DNA of 64,000 nt from Desulfosudaceae bacterium (GCA_963674745.2 CAXXDV010000001.1:736001-800000); one strand, 5' to 3'. Shown: positions 1 to 10,620, numbered from the stretch's first letter. Notes: generated from the sequence alone by a model not told the origin. Translations and numbers: made by a program.

Positions 1-1289
1 CGGGACGTCTCTTCCACCACCCCGTAAAGCTCTGACGCCACAATATAATGGTTGTCCGCCAGCCCGATAAACAATGCCTGGCCGCTGCCCTTTTGCGCGA
101 AAAACATTTTTCCCGGCGCCAGGTCGGTCTGCATGGATATGGCATGGGCACCGGAAAAGTCGTTGACGGCCATTCGAAACGCTTCGGTTATGTCATGACC
201 CTGCCGGACGTAACGGGCGATGCGGACAGGAATCATCTTGGTATCGGTGGTAATCTCCGGGGCGATGGTCTCGCCTGCGGCTTCGTGTTCCGCCTGGAGC
301 TGCTGATAATTATCAATATCGCCGTTAAGGCAGGCATGAATAATATAATCTTTTGATTCCGGAAGGCCGGTGATATTGTCCAGGGGGTGGCAGTTGGCTT
401 CCGTAATTGTTCCCACAGAGGCCCAGCGCGTATGGGCAGACAACGTGTACTCCTGCCAATCGCCTGCCAGCATGCAATGAAACACCCCGTCATCGGTTAC
501 AGCCTGTCTTAAAAAACGGACATTGTCTCCCAGGCTGCCGATTTCGGCGGCATACTTGTAAACAAAAGCCACGCACACGATATGGGTGTTATCGTTTTTA
601 GAAACCCTTATCGAGGCATTGGTCAGAAGGGTTTTATCGCATCGTTCCGCGAACGCCTGCGCCCTTCCGGTTTTTTCCAGGTCGGCGGAAAAACGGGCGA
701 AGGATTCCATGGTCAGGGAAAAAAGAATCGATACCCCGGCAGAGTCACGCCCCCGGACCTCCAACCTGTCCAGGCTGTTAAAAATGGCGTTGATCTTTTT
801 CAGCAGGGCAATGGCATCAGCAGCCGCGATACCGGTCGGCGCCAGGTCCCGCGTTTTGGCCACATTGCCGCAGACCTCATGCTTCAGACACCACCAGATA
901 TCACGCAAGCGTTCCAGACGGGCCTCGGTCATTTCGCCGGTTTTCAGGTCAAGAGAGGCCTTTTCATACTGACCGACGGCTTCTGTTTCAGCCTGAAGGA
1001 CCGCCTCGAGCCTGTCAGCCGCTGCTTTTACCTGTTGATAGTCCGATGGATTACTGAACAGATAATAAAAAAAAGGGTCCGTCTTCAGCCGGCAGGCCAT
1101 ATTCCACAGCTGCTCGACGGTTTCATGCCCCCCGAGGTAATCATCACCGGCAAAGCATTCGCCCTGCTGACAATGATGCCAAGTGTTTTCAGCAACATTT
1201 CCTGTCAACCGGTCCAGGTCGGCCAACTGGATCTCGGCCTGTTGACGGTCTTTAAATTTAACCGGGATAATTGAAGAAATACCGCACAT
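1..1289 (-). CDS. GlmS-like glutamine amidotransferase (class II GATase); runs off the window start
   Basis: Not in the ORF track because it has no stop in the window. Manual reading gives ATG at 1289 with MCGISSII (N-terminal catalytic Cys), then LDRLEVRGRDSAG, HTRWASVG..NCHP and CLNGDIDNY; RBS GAGG upstream. Confidence 0.85.
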   Translation of the reverse strand, partial: MCGISSIIPVKFKDRQQAEIQLADLDRLTGNVAENTWHHCQQGECFAGDDYLGGHETVEQLWNMACRLKTDPFFYYLFSNPSDYQQVKAAADRLEAVLQAETEAVGQYEKASLDLKTGEMTEARLERLRDIWWCLKHEVCGNVAKTRDLAPTGIAAADAIALLKKINAIFNSLDRLEVRGRDSAGVSILFSLTMESFARFSADLEKTGRAQAFAERCDKTLLTNASIRVSKNDNTHIVCVAFVYKYAAEIGSLGDNVRFLRQAVTDDGVFHCMLAGDWQEYTLSAHTRWASVGTITEANCHPLDNITGLPESKDYIIHACLNGDIDNYQQLQAEHEAAGETIAPEITTDTKMIPVRIARYVRQGHDITEAFRMAVNDFSGAHAISMQTDLAPGKMFFAQKGSGQALFIGLADNHYIVASELYGVVEETS

Positions 1290-1336
1290 GCCCCACCTCG
1301 AACGATTTTTAAGACATTGGACTTTTTACTCTGCCA

Positions 1337-3262
1337 TCATTTGATGCGGGTGCCGGGAAGGATATCCCCGTCCAATGTAACCACAGCCGCCTGGTCTTCA
1401 TTGATGGCGGCCAGGACCATACCATGGGATTCCACGCCCATCAACTTGGCCGGCTTCAGGTTGGCCACGATCACCACCTGTTTGCCGACCAGGGTTTCTG
1501 GCGCGTATTTTTCCGCCAGACCGGCCACAACCGTCCGTTTTTCGCCGATATCCACTGACAGCTTCAACAGTTTCTTTGCCTTGGGAATCTTTTCCGCGGC
1601 AAGCACCGTACCCACCCGGAGGTCAACTTTTGAGAACTGGTCAATCCCGATCTCCGGCTCAATCTTTGGCCTGGCCTTATCAGGCTTCTTTTCGGCCGGC
1701 GATGTCGAAACTGTTTTCTTATCCACCCGGGGGAACAGGGAAACCGGTTTTAACACACGGGTACCCGGCACGGTCGCCCCCCAGGTTTTCAACGCCTCCA
1801 GCGTAAAGACCGCCGTCTGGCCGTCAGAAGTCAAACCGAGTTGTTTCGCCATGGTCTGCGCGGTGCCGGGCATGACCGGGGAGACAAGACCGGCGATGAT
1901 CCGCAACCCCTCCAGAAGGGTGTACATCACCGCATCCAGGGCTTTTTTACTGTCCACGTCTTTGGCCAGTTCCCAGGGTGCCGTATAATCAACAAAGCGG
2001 TTCATGGCGCTGATAAACTCCCATACGGCCGCCAGGGCCCGGGAAAAAGCAAAACCCGCCATATGGTTTTCATATTCGGCGACCGTTTTTTCAGCCAGCG
2101 CTTTTAAGTTCAACTCCGTTTCCGGCAAAACGGCAGGATCAAAGACCGGAACCAATCCGCCGCAATACTTGTTCACCATGGCCAGCACCCGGGAGAAAAG
2201 GTTGCCGATATCATTGGCCAGATCAGCATTGATCCGGTCAACCAGGGCATCTTCAGAGAAACTGGCATCAAGGCCGAAGGTCATCTCCCGGCATAAAAAA
2301 TACCGGAACGCGTCAAGACCGTAAATATCCTTCATTTCCAACGGGCTGACCACATTACCCAAACTTTTGGACATTTTACTCTGATCAATCTTCCAGAAAC
2401 CGTGAACATTGAGATGCTGATAAATCGGAATACCTGCGGCTTTAAGCATGATCGGCCAGTAAATGCCATGGGGTTTTATAATATCCTTGGCCGTCAGGTG
2501 CTGGGATACCGGCCAGAACTTCTTGAAATTTTCGCCATCCGGAAAACCAAGAGCGGAAATATAGTTGGTCAGAGCGTCAAACCAGACATAGGTCACATAA
2601 TTTTCATCAAACGGCAGGGTAATCCCCCAGTCAAGCCTGGACTTGGGGCGGGAAATGCATAAATCCTCGAGTGGCTCTTTTAAAAAAGAAAGGATTTCAT
2701 TGCGGTAGGCCTCCGGCCGGATAGACGCCGGATTGGCCTTTATGTGGTCAATCAGCCATTGCTGATATTTGCTCATCTTAAAAAAATAATTGGCTTCCTT
2801 GAGAACCTCCGGAGCTGTTTCATGGTCCGGACATTTACCGTCAACCAGTTCCCGTTCACCATAAAACCGCTCGCAGCCGAAACAGTAAAGCCCCTCATAT
2901 TCACTGAAATAGATGTCACCGGCGTCGTAAATGCGCGTCAACAGGTTGCTGACCACCTGTTTGTGCTCCTCGTCGGTGGTTCGGATAAATTGGGAGTACT
3001 GAATATTCAACTCCGGCCACAGCCCTCTGAACAGCGCGCTTATTTTGTCGGCATAGGCTTTTGGAGAAATGTTTTCAGCTGCCGCCGCTTTCATGATTTT
3101 GTCGCCATGCTCATCCGTGCCGGTCAGCAGGAAGGTCTCTTTCCGGCACATGGCATTAAACCGACAGGCCACATCCGCTGTTATGGTCGTATAGGCATGC
3201 CCCAGGTGAGGCCTGGCGTTAACATAATAAATCGGCGTCGTCAGATAGTAAGGTTCCGCCAT
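1337..3262 (-). CDS. metG: Methionine--tRNA ligase with C-terminal tRNA-binding domain
   Basis: YLTTPIYYVN..PHLGH (HIGH-like), KMSKS, Zn-knuckle, C-terminal OB domain (DLRVG..ESHGM); start placed at MAEPYY. Confidence 0.97.
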   Translation of the reverse strand: MAEPYYLTTPIYYVNARPHLGHAYTTITADVACRFNAMCRKETFLLTGTDEHGDKIMKAAAAENISPKAYADKISALFRGLWPELNIQYSQFIRTTDEEHKQVVSNLLTRIYDAGDIYFSEYEGLYCFGCERFYGERELVDGKCPDHETAPEVLKEANYFFKMSKYQQWLIDHIKANPASIRPEAYRNEILSFLKEPLEDLCISRPKSRLDWGITLPFDENYVTYVWFDALTNYISALGFPDGENFKKFWPVSQHLTAKDIIKPHGIYWPIMLKAAGIPIYQHLNVHGFWKIDQSKMSKSLGNVVSPLEMKDIYGLDAFRYFLCREMTFGLDASFSEDALVDRINADLANDIGNLFSRVLAMVNKYCGGLVPVFDPAVLPETELNLKALAEKTVAEYENHMAGFAFSRALAAVWEFISAMNRFVDYTAPWELAKDVDSKKALDAVMYTLLEGLRIIAGLVSPVMPGTAQTMAKQLGLTSDGQTAVFTLEALKTWGATVPGTRVLKPVSLFPRVDKKTVSTSPAEKKPDKARPKIEPEIGIDQFSKVDLRVGTVLAAEKIPKAKKLLKLSVDIGEKRTVVAGLAEKYAPETLVGKQVVIVANLKPAKLMGVESHGMVLAAINEDQAAVVTLDGDILPGTRIK

Positions 3263-4082
3263 AATCTGTTTCCTCTGTTTCATCATCATCGCTCCGGATC
3301 TGATTCAGAGCGACATCCGTCACGGTTCCGTCTTCTTTTTCGATGGTCACCCGTTTGGCGATCACGTTATGGCCGATGACCTTGCCTTCGGCCCGACCGG
3401 TTTTAATGCGCTCACCAATAGCGGGGATCTCTTTTTTCAAGGTCCGGTAGGATTCCTCTTCAAATGCCAGGCAGCACATCAATCGGCCACAAACGCCTGA
3501 AATTTTTGTCGGATTCAGGGAAAGCCCCTGGTTTTTGGCCATGCGGATGGAAATGGGATCAAATTTCCGCATAAACGCCGCGCAGCAGATTTCCCGCCCG
3601 CACCGTCCGATACCACCGGTCATTTTGGCCTGGTTGCGGATCCCCACCTGCCGCATTTCGATTTTAATACGAAACTGTTTCACCAGTCGCTTGACCAGTT
3701 CCCTGAAATCGACCCGTCCGTCAGCCGTATAGAGAAAGGTCAATTTTCTGGCATCAAAAGAGCAGTCAACCGAAAAAAGATTCATCTCCAGGCCCAGATC
3801 CAGAATCTGTGACCGGCAGAAATCCAGACCCTGCTGTTCCAGGGACCGGTTTTCTTCAAGCTGAGAAAAATCCTTGTCAACCGCTTTACGATGGACCTTT
3901 TTAAGGGGTGTTTTGATCCGCTCCGGGTTGACCTGCGACGGTCCGCTGGAAACCACACCCATGCCGTATCCCTGCTCGGTTTCCACAATCACGTAGTCAC
4001 CGATTTCCAGCACGAAGGCACCACAGTCAAAAATATAGGGTTTGCCGTCCGGCTTGAATTTTATCTCAACCGTTTTCCGCAT
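3219..4082 (-). CDS. ricT: PSP1-domain protein (YaaT/RicT family)
   Basis: RVDFRELVK, GGIGRCGREICC, KISGVCGRLMCCL; conserved holB-PSP1-metG order. Confidence 0.9.
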   Translation of the reverse strand: MRKTVEIKFKPDGKPYIFDCGAFVLEIGDYVIVETEQGYGMGVVSSGPSQVNPERIKTPLKKVHRKAVDKDFSQLEENRSLEQQGLDFCRSQILDLGLEMNLFSVDCSFDARKLTFLYTADGRVDFRELVKRLVKQFRIKIEMRQVGIRNQAKMTGGIGRCGREICCAAFMRKFDPISIRMAKNQGLSLNPTKISGVCGRLMCCLAFEEESYRTLKKEIPAIGERIKTGRAEGKVIGHNVIAKRVTIEKEDGTVTDVALNQIRSDDDETEETDYGGTLLSDDADLLC

Positions 4083-4114
4083 GCTTTATTAAACAACTCC
4101 ACAAATTCTGTTGA

Positions 4115-5161
4115 TCAGGCGGTCTTGTCTGCCAGTCGCAGGGCCATCACTTCCAGCATCAGGCGCTGGTTGCCATGTTGCCGTATCGCCTGAGCCGCAT
4201 CTGTAACGGCATCCATTTTAAAAAAAAGGGCGGCCGGGCTGTTGTGCCGTGCAAGATCAGCAATGGCCTCCCGCAGGTCCGTACTGGTAATTTTTTCCGG
4301 GCAGCAGAGACTGACCGCAGCGTCCCGCAAAAACCGCCGGATCATTTCCAGTGACGGCAGTAAATTCTTCCTGTCCCCGGCCAGTTTTTGCGCAAACGTC
4401 AGTATCACCGGCAGCGGGCTTGACGGCAGGCGGCTCATTTCCATAACCAGCCATTTCCGTCTCAGCACCATATCCCTTAACCGTTCCGGTCGCTCCGCCA
4501 GCGCCAGGGCTTCTGCCATGCTGCCCTCGGATATAACGGCCGCCAATCCAGCCGACGACGGCTCCAACCCGCAGTTGTGAACGAGACAGTGCTCAATCTT
4601 TTCAGTGGAAACGGGGTTGAACCGGACATGCTGACAACGGGAAACAACCGTCGGCAGGAGATCCGCCGTCTGACCCGCGGTAAGAAAAAAATATGTCTGC
4701 GGGGGCGGTTCCTCCAAAGCTTTTAAAAGGGCGTTCGAGGCTTCCACGTTCATCGCCTGGGCGTCGGAAATAACAACCACACGAGCCCTCGCATCATGTG
4801 GTTTAAATGTCAATCTTTGAGAAAGCTCACGAACCTGAGCTATTTTGATGACATCACCCTCCGGCTCAACGATAATCACGTCCGGATGACTGCCAGCCAT
4901 AATCTTGACACAGCTGTTACACTGGCCGCAAGGCGTCATCATCTCGTGAGATCCGGCACTCGCATCTCTGCCAGTTGCTATGGTAACCGGCTGCAACACC
5001 TGACAGTTCTGCACCATGGCAAAAAGAACCGCTGCCGTCCGTTTGCCGATACCGTCAATGCCGGTGAAGAGAAAAGCGTGGGGGATATTTCCTTTTGCCA
5101 GAATGCCGGATAAAATCCTCAGAGGCCTCTTTTGATCAACAAGGCCCTCAAATCGCGGCAC
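4115..5161 (-). CDS. holB: DNA polymerase III delta' subunit
   Basis: HAFLFTGIDGIGK, PCGQCNSC..HPD, NALLKALEEPP, LLPTVVSRC. Confidence 0.93.
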   Translation of the reverse strand: MPRFEGLVDQKRPLRILSGILAKGNIPHAFLFTGIDGIGKRTAAVLFAMVQNCQVLQPVTIATGRDASAGSHEMMTPCGQCNSCVKIMAGSHPDVIIVEPEGDVIKIAQVRELSQRLTFKPHDARARVVVISDAQAMNVEASNALLKALEEPPPQTYFFLTAGQTADLLPTVVSRCQHVRFNPVSTEKIEHCLVHNCGLEPSSAGLAAVISEGSMAEALALAERPERLRDMVLRRKWLVMEMSRLPSSPLPVILTFAQKLAGDRKNLLPSLEMIRRFLRDAAVSLCCPEKITSTDLREAIADLARHNSPAALFFKMDAVTDAAQAIRQHGNQRLMLEVMALRLADKTA

Positions 5162-5165
5162 AAAG

Positions 5166-5441
5166 CTAATAGTTAACCCTGTCTTTCAGCTCTTTTCCGC
5201 ACTTAAAGAACGGAAGTTTTTTAGGGGATATGGTCACCCGTTCACCGGTCTTCGGATTCCTGCCGGTATAACTTTTATACTCTTTGACAAAAAAGCTGCA
5301 CAACCCGCGAATTTCGATCCGTTCACCTTCAGCCAGGTTGTTTGCCATGGAATCAAAGAAGATTTTCACGACCTTGGCGGATTCAGCTTTAGAAATGCCC
5401 GCTTTGTCTTTCAGAGCGGTGATAAGCTCTAACTTGTTCAT
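5166..5441 (-). CDS. Integration host factor / HU family DNA-binding protein
   Basis: MNKLELI..RIEIRGLCSF..GRNPKTGE..PFFKCGKELK. Confidence 0.93.
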   Translation of the reverse strand: MNKLELITALKDKAGISKAESAKVVKIFFDSMANNLAEGERIEIRGLCSFFVKEYKSYTGRNPKTGERVTISPKKLPFFKCGKELKDRVNY

Positions 5442-5554
5442 CCATCCTCCCTTATTTTTAAGTAAAGTCCAAATTATTTACTGAAATATCATGTCTGGCA
5501 ACGGGTCATCAAATAATGACGTTAAACCATACAATATCATAAGAAGTCAAGAGA

Positions 5555-6079
5555 TTATAAGATTTTTACGGAAAGTGGCTCCACATCCTCGACGGCGACA
5601 TTAATTGAAGCCGCCTGCCCCATCGCTTCAATGTTAACAACCACGCGGTCCGATCCATGATACTGAACGAATATACCGACGACGCCGGCAAAAGGGCCCG
5701 CGACCACCCGGACAGCGTCGCCGTGCTTTAAAAAATTTACCGCTTCGACATATTCATTGGCCTGAACAATGATTCTTAGGGAGTCAATAACTTCGGGTGC
5801 CACGGGAATGGGGACATCGCGGTTGCCGATCAGCTTGACGACACCGACGGTTTTTAGCACCTCCAGTTTTTCAGCCGGTGTGACGGCGGTTTTCACAAAA
5901 AGGTAACCGGGGAAAAGGGGCTGCTGCAGATACAGACGCCGATCCGTTCTCCGGCTCCGCCTCCTGATGGTCGGCAAAAAAACGTTTTTATTTTTTTTGG
6001 CCAGGCCCTGATAAACAACATTTTCAAACTTGCTTCTGGTATGAAGCACATACCAGGCCTGTTCTTGGTCCAACGACAT
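5555..6079 (-). CDS. NusG paralog (UpxY/RfaH-like transcription antiterminator)
   Basis: WYVLHTRS..E, PLFPGYLFV, KOW motif VRVVAGPFAG. Confidence 0.88.
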   Translation of the reverse strand: MSLDQEQAWYVLHTRSKFENVVYQGLAKKNKNVFLPTIRRRSRRTDRRLYLQQPLFPGYLFVKTAVTPAEKLEVLKTVGVVKLIGNRDVPIPVAPEVIDSLRIIVQANEYVEAVNFLKHGDAVRVVAGPFAGVVGIFVQYHGSDRVVVNIEAMGQAASINVAVEDVEPLSVKIL

Positions 6080-6103
6080 TGTGTTTCCCAGAATATCAAT
6101 TAA

Positions 6104-8389
6104 TTACATCATGTTATCATTTGACGTGTTACTGCTTTCCATATCACTGAACCCGCTCAACCTGATCATAAAAGACAATGTATCATCATCCGGTTCATCC
6201 GTGAAGCGAACATCAAATGACCAGCAATCGGCAGTATAAAGGCAACCGACACTGGTTTCAATGTCCAAATGATTAAAAAGATTATGCTCGCTGTCTGCGT
6301 ACAGTTTCAAATGACGGCCCAGGGTCAGCGCCCCTCTGGCGTAAATGGATTCCGCCGTATCCCGATCATATCGATAGGCGACATACAGGGCGTCACCCCG
6401 ATGATCAAACAGGTTCATGGTGATGTCGAATTCGGACCAGCCGTGCTCATACTTGTCCCAGCCGGCATCCAGGTCAAACCTGAAATTATTGACGGGTGTA
6501 AAATCCAATTCAACCCTGAGGGGATAAAAAGGGCGCCGACTGGTCTGGTCTCTCCAGTCGGTCGGGTCATCCGCCCGGGCCTCTTTGATATCATAGCTTT
6601 GTTCGATGTTGAATCTGCCCACCTCCCGATAGCGGTACCCCGGGGTGTCATCACCACCAACCGCCGTCGATGCGCTTTTTACAGTAAAGACATTCTCAAA
6701 AGAAAAGGTGATCAGGTTCCCGTCGGAAATCACGTCAAGGTCGTCATCAAATACCGGAAAAGGATCGTCCTGTTCCGGAGAAATCACATACTCATATACG
6801 ACCCGGGGCAGGATCGTGTGCCTCAGCCTTGAGCCGGCCTCCCGATCCAGGGCAAACACCCGGCTCAACTCGGATGACAGGTCCAGTTTCATGTCGTACA
6901 CCGTCCGGGTAACGCCCCTTTCCATATCGGGATTTGACGGATCCCGCTCATCCATCCACCAGGCGGTTTCCCGGATGCCGGCCGAGGGTTCGACGGCCAG
7001 AAGGTCGCCCCAGTAGAGGGGCAAATAAACTCTGGGATGAACATCCGTGCGATGGCCTTTTAAGCCATCCTGCCGAAAGCAGAAGGTATACTCGCTTTCC
7101 AGGTCATAATTCAGCGGAATACCGGGCACCGTTTGCCTGACAGCGTTAAACAGAATCACCGGCAGACGCTGCACGGTTGTGTCCGTTTCCTCCCAGCGTC
7201 TCTTGATAACGTCGTCTTCCCATCGCAACGCGGCATTCAGGCTGTATTGCGCCCAGGGCCGGTGCAGACTCAAATTGTTGGTGCGGATGGTCTCCTCTTG
7301 CGCATCAAGGTCCCGGCCAAAAACGCTCTCAAAATAGGCGTCGGTTTTATCAAACCCCATGTAGCCGTTTTCAAACTCGACCAGATAATCCTGATCACTG
7401 ACGACATCAAGATCCATCCGGGCCGTCAATCCGCCGAAAAGCGCCTGTTCCTGCTTCATTCGAAACCAGTAACGCCCCGCGTTGGTCCGCAACCACCGGT
7501 CATCGTTGTAACCGTAATCGTAATCCGCGTCGAGGCCCTGATCGTTTTTTCGGCTGTCGTTCAGCCCGTCCGCCATCACCGCGATTTTAGAGTTTTCGGA
7601 AAAAGCCTGGCGGTACTCTGCTCCCAGTCTCAGGCCCCGCCGGCTCATGGCATGAGCGTATACTGTCATATCGCTGCTGTCATTGATGGCCCAGAAAAAC
7701 GGCTGGTTGAACTCCATCCCTTTTTCTTTTGAGTAATCCAGCTCCGGAACCAGCAGACCGGTCTGGCGACTGATTTTTACCGGGAAAAACAGGTAGGGCA
7801 CATACAATAAGGGTAATTTTTTCACCCAGAAGGCCGCATGCCGGACCGAGCCATATCCGTCCACGGTTATGGAAAGATCCCGGCCGGTCATATGCCAGTC
7901 GGGGTCTTCCGGGTCGCAGGTGGTCAGGCGGAATTTGTCGGCCTGGTAAGTATCCGGACCGATCTTTTCAATACGGTCTCCGGCCACAAAAAAATGATGC
8001 CGACCGACAAACAGCTGCCCGCTGTAGATCGTGCCCGTCCCGGCCGCAAGGTTCATTTCCATCCTGTCTCCGGAAAGGGTGTCCTGACCGGTTGTCATCA
8101 CCACGTTACCGACGGCGAGAATATCCTGGCTGTTACCGTCGAACCGGATGGTATCGGCCCGCACCCGCTTTTCCCCCCTGGTCACAACGACTTCGCCTTC
8201 GGCAATGTATTTATTGTTTTCCAGCGACCGGATGGTATCGGCCTCGATCTGCCAGGGCGACTGGGAATCGCCAAAGCCGAAAACCGGCGGCTCCTGGGCG
8301 AAACAACAGCACACGACCGACAGGCAGCAGAAAAAAAGGCTGCAAACCGCGATCTTAATATGAAAAACGTTACGCTTTGTCTTTAACAA
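6104..8389 (-). CDS. lptD: LPS-assembly protein LptD (start uncertain)
   Basis: Signal peptide, IEAD/OstA-like N-domain, LTTCD..PDW, PYLFFPV..RQTGLLVP, QPFFWAI, YTADCWS. Confidence 0.88.
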   Translation of the reverse strand: MLKTKRNVFHIKIAVCSLFFCCLSVVCCCFAQEPPVFGFGDSQSPWQIEADTIRSLENNKYIAEGEVVVTRGEKRVRADTIRFDGNSQDILAVGNVVMTTGQDTLSGDRMEMNLAAGTGTIYSGQLFVGRHHFFVAGDRIEKIGPDTYQADKFRLTTCDPEDPDWHMTGRDLSITVDGYGSVRHAAFWVKKLPLLYVPYLFFPVKISRQTGLLVPELDYSKEKGMEFNQPFFWAINDSSDMTVYAHAMSRRGLRLGAEYRQAFSENSKIAVMADGLNDSRKNDQGLDADYDYGYNDDRWLRTNAGRYWFRMKQEQALFGGLTARMDLDVVSDQDYLVEFENGYMGFDKTDAYFESVFGRDLDAQEETIRTNNLSLHRPWAQYSLNAALRWEDDVIKRRWEETDTTVQRLPVILFNAVRQTVPGIPLNYDLESEYTFCFRQDGLKGHRTDVHPRVYLPLYWGDLLAVEPSAGIRETAWWMDERDPSNPDMERGVTRTVYDMKLDLSSELSRVFALDREAGSRLRHTILPRVVYEYVISPEQDDPFPVFDDDLDVISDGNLITFSFENVFTVKSASTAVGGDDTPGYRYREVGRFNIEQSYDIKEARADDPTDWRDQTSRRPFYPLRVELDFTPVNNFRFDLDAGWDKYEHGWSEFDITMNLFDHRGDALYVAYRYDRDTAESIYARGALTLGRHLKLYADSEHNLFNHLDIETSVGCLYTADCWSFDVRFTDEPDDDTLSFMIRLSGFSDMESSNTSNDNMM

Positions 8390-8549
8390 CGGCCGCCCCG
8401 GATTTATCCGCTTTTACCTGTGTGTTGATGGCCTCATAAATCATCTGGAATGATTCAGGAAAATTGGCCGGAGAGATTCTGCCGATTTCAATAAACTTGA
8501 CCACCACTTCCTTGGCGGTGCGTAACACCTGATCTTCCCTTGCCCCCAT
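8370..8549 (-). CDS. Small conserved hypothetical protein
   Basis: MGAREDQVLRTAKEVVVKFIEIGRISPANF; AGGAG RBS before ATG 8549. Confidence 0.7.
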   Translation of the reverse strand: MGAREDQVLRTAKEVVVKFIEIGRISPANFPESFQMIYEAINTQVKADKSGAAVVKDKA

Positions 8550-8830
8550 AAAACATCTCCTTTTTTTATCGCCACTGATTGATACGAAGAATCCCGTGTT
8601 TACAATTACTAAATCATGGCTCAATGTTCAACAAATATCAAGCCGGCTGAACCGGCGGCTGTTTTAAAAAAATTATTGCCCATTCGGAAAACCCCCTATA
8701 TTTTTCGGGCAAAAACGCCCAGCATGAGGTTGACATTGATTTTATTAATTGATATCCTGATTAATCCGCAGATAGGGAACTGGTGGATGGCTTAGGCGCC
8801 TTTACGTCTTTTTCGTAATGGGTGGGGGTT

Positions 8831-9325
8831 ATGTCAGAAGAAGAAAATATACCCAGAGTATATATGACCGCGGCGAACAAGGCGGGCTTTACCTGTCCCA
8901 AGTGCAGTAAAGTCCGGGTCATGGATGTCTCCCAGTTCAAAAATGTCAACAAACCGGTCATCAAGGTTAAATGCAAGTGCCCCTGCGGCCATAAGTACAG
9001 CGTCCTTCTGGAAAGAAGGAGAGAGATCCGCAAGGAGGTCAACCTGCCCGGCAAATACAACACCATGGAACGGGAGTATGGGCTTAAAGGTTCTCTTGTC
9101 GTCCAAGACCTGTCCCGGTCCGGATTAAGGTTTCAGTTGAAAATGCCGCAGGAATTTAAGGTGGGCGAAACCCTTATGCTGGAATTCACCTTGAACGATC
9201 GTGAAAGTTCCCTGATCAAACGCAAAGTAATCGTCAGAAGCCAGCACGGGGCTTCCGTGGGCACCAGTTTTGAATCAAAAGAGCATTTTGACAAGCTGGG
9301 GCCGTACCTCCTTTATTCCCTCTAA
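8831..9325 (+). CDS. PilZ-domain protein with N-terminal Cys/Zn ribbon
   Basis: CPKC..CKCPCGH followed by RxxxR (RREIR) and DxSxxG (DLSRSG). Confidence 0.85.
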   Translation: MSEEENIPRVYMTAANKAGFTCPKCSKVRVMDVSQFKNVNKPVIKVKCKCPCGHKYSVLLERRREIRKEVNLPGKYNTMEREYGLKGSLVVQDLSRSGLRFQLKMPQEFKVGETLMLEFTLNDRESSLIKRKVIVRSQHGASVGTSFESKEHFDKLGPYLLYSL

Positions 9326-10620
9326 CCCAGCCTGACGCGTATGGCGTTGGCATGCGCCCCCAGCCCCTCGGTTTCGGCCAGTTTGATGGCATCACCGGCT
9401 TCGGCCTTCAAGGCGGCCGCATCGTAATACACCACGCTGGTTCTTTTCAGAAAATGCGTGGTTGAAAGGGCCGAGGAAAACCGCGCGCACCCGCCCGTGG
9501 GCAGGGTATGATTCGGCCCGGCCACATAATCACCGATGGGTTCGGGTGTATTACGGCCCAGGAACACGGCCCCGGCATTTCGAATTTTTCCCAGCATGGC
9601 AAAAGGATCGGCCACCTGCAGTTCCAGGTGCTCGGGCGCGTAACGGTTGGCGATGTCGATAGCGGTATCAATGGTATCAACCACAAAAATCCCGCCGTAT
9701 CCGGCCAGGGATTGTTCGGCTGTCTTTCGCCGGCTTAATTCCGCCAGCTGGGCTTTTATTTCGCGGGCTGTCTGCCGGGCAATTTCCCTGTCCACAGTGA
9801 TGAGTACCGACGCGGCCAAAGGGTCGTGTTCGGCCTGGGACAGCAGATCCGCCGCCAGATAACGGGGTTCGGCGGTCTTATCGGCGACGATCAATATCTC
9901 GCTGGGACCGGCAATGATGTCGATGCCGACCAGGCCCGAAACAATGCGCTTGGCCAGGGTCACGTATTTATTGCCGGGGCCCGCGATCATATCGACCCTG
10001 GGAATGGTGTCCGTTCCGTAGGCCAGGGCTGCCACTGCCCAGGCGCTGCCGACTTTGTAGACTTCGTCTACACCGGCTTTGTCGGCAGCCACCAGCAGAT
10101 GCGGGTCGACCGACCCGTCTTTTTTCGGTGGCGTCACCATGATGATCCGGGGGACCCCGGCCTGTTTTGCCGGCGCCGCGCCCATCAGCACGGTCGACAC
10201 CAACGGTGTTTCCCCGCCCTTTGCGCCGGGAACATAGATGCCGGCTGAATCAACCGGTGTAATCTGCTGCCCCACCACCACACCCGGCCGGTCTGCGCTG
10301 AACCAGGACTTTTCCTGCTGCGCCTGGTGAAACGATTCGATCTGCCTGACAGCCCGGTTCAAGGCGCGCATGAAGGCTCTGTCCACCTTTTTCCCGGCGG
10401 CTTTGATCTCCTGCGGTGTCACCCGGAACTGCCCGGCCGTCAATTTGGGGGCGTCGAACTGCTGCGAGTATTTCTCCACCGCCTTATCACCGTTTTTGCG
10501 GACATCTCTGAGGATTGTCTCCACCCGCTGATAATCCTTTCTGCTGAAGTCCGCCCCCCTGTTCATGATCCGGCGCATTCTAGCCTGCGCCGTTTTCGTC
10601 TCGTAATCATATACTCTCAT
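9322..10620 (-). CDS. hisD: Histidinol dehydrogenase
   Basis: GIYVPG, GPGNKYV, AGPSEI, DLLSQAEHD, APEHLEL, GDYVAGPNHTLPT. Confidence 0.97.
   Translation of the reverse strand: MRVYDYETKTAQARMRRIMNRGADFSRKDYQRVETILRDVRKNGDKAVEKYSQQFDAPKLTAGQFRVTPQEIKAAGKKVDRAFMRALNRAVRQIESFHQAQQEKSWFSADRPGVVVGQQITPVDSAGIYVPGAKGGETPLVSTVLMGAAPAKQAGVPRIIMVTPPKKDGSVDPHLLVAADKAGVDEVYKVGSAWAVAALAYGTDTIPRVDMIAGPGNKYVTLAKRIVSGLVGIDIIAGPSEILIVADKTAEPRYLAADLLSQAEHDPLAASVLITVDREIARQTAREIKAQLAELSRRKTAEQSLAGYGGIFVVDTIDTAIDIANRYAPEHLELQVADPFAMLGKIRNAGAVFLGRNTPEPIGDYVAGPNHTLPTGGCARFSSALSTTHFLKRTSVVYYDAAALKAEAGDAIKLAETEGLGAHANAIRVRLG

Noticed and set aside
48..1274. Plus-strand ORFs such as 582-1274
   Set aside because: Antisense shadows of the minus-strand GlmS-like gene
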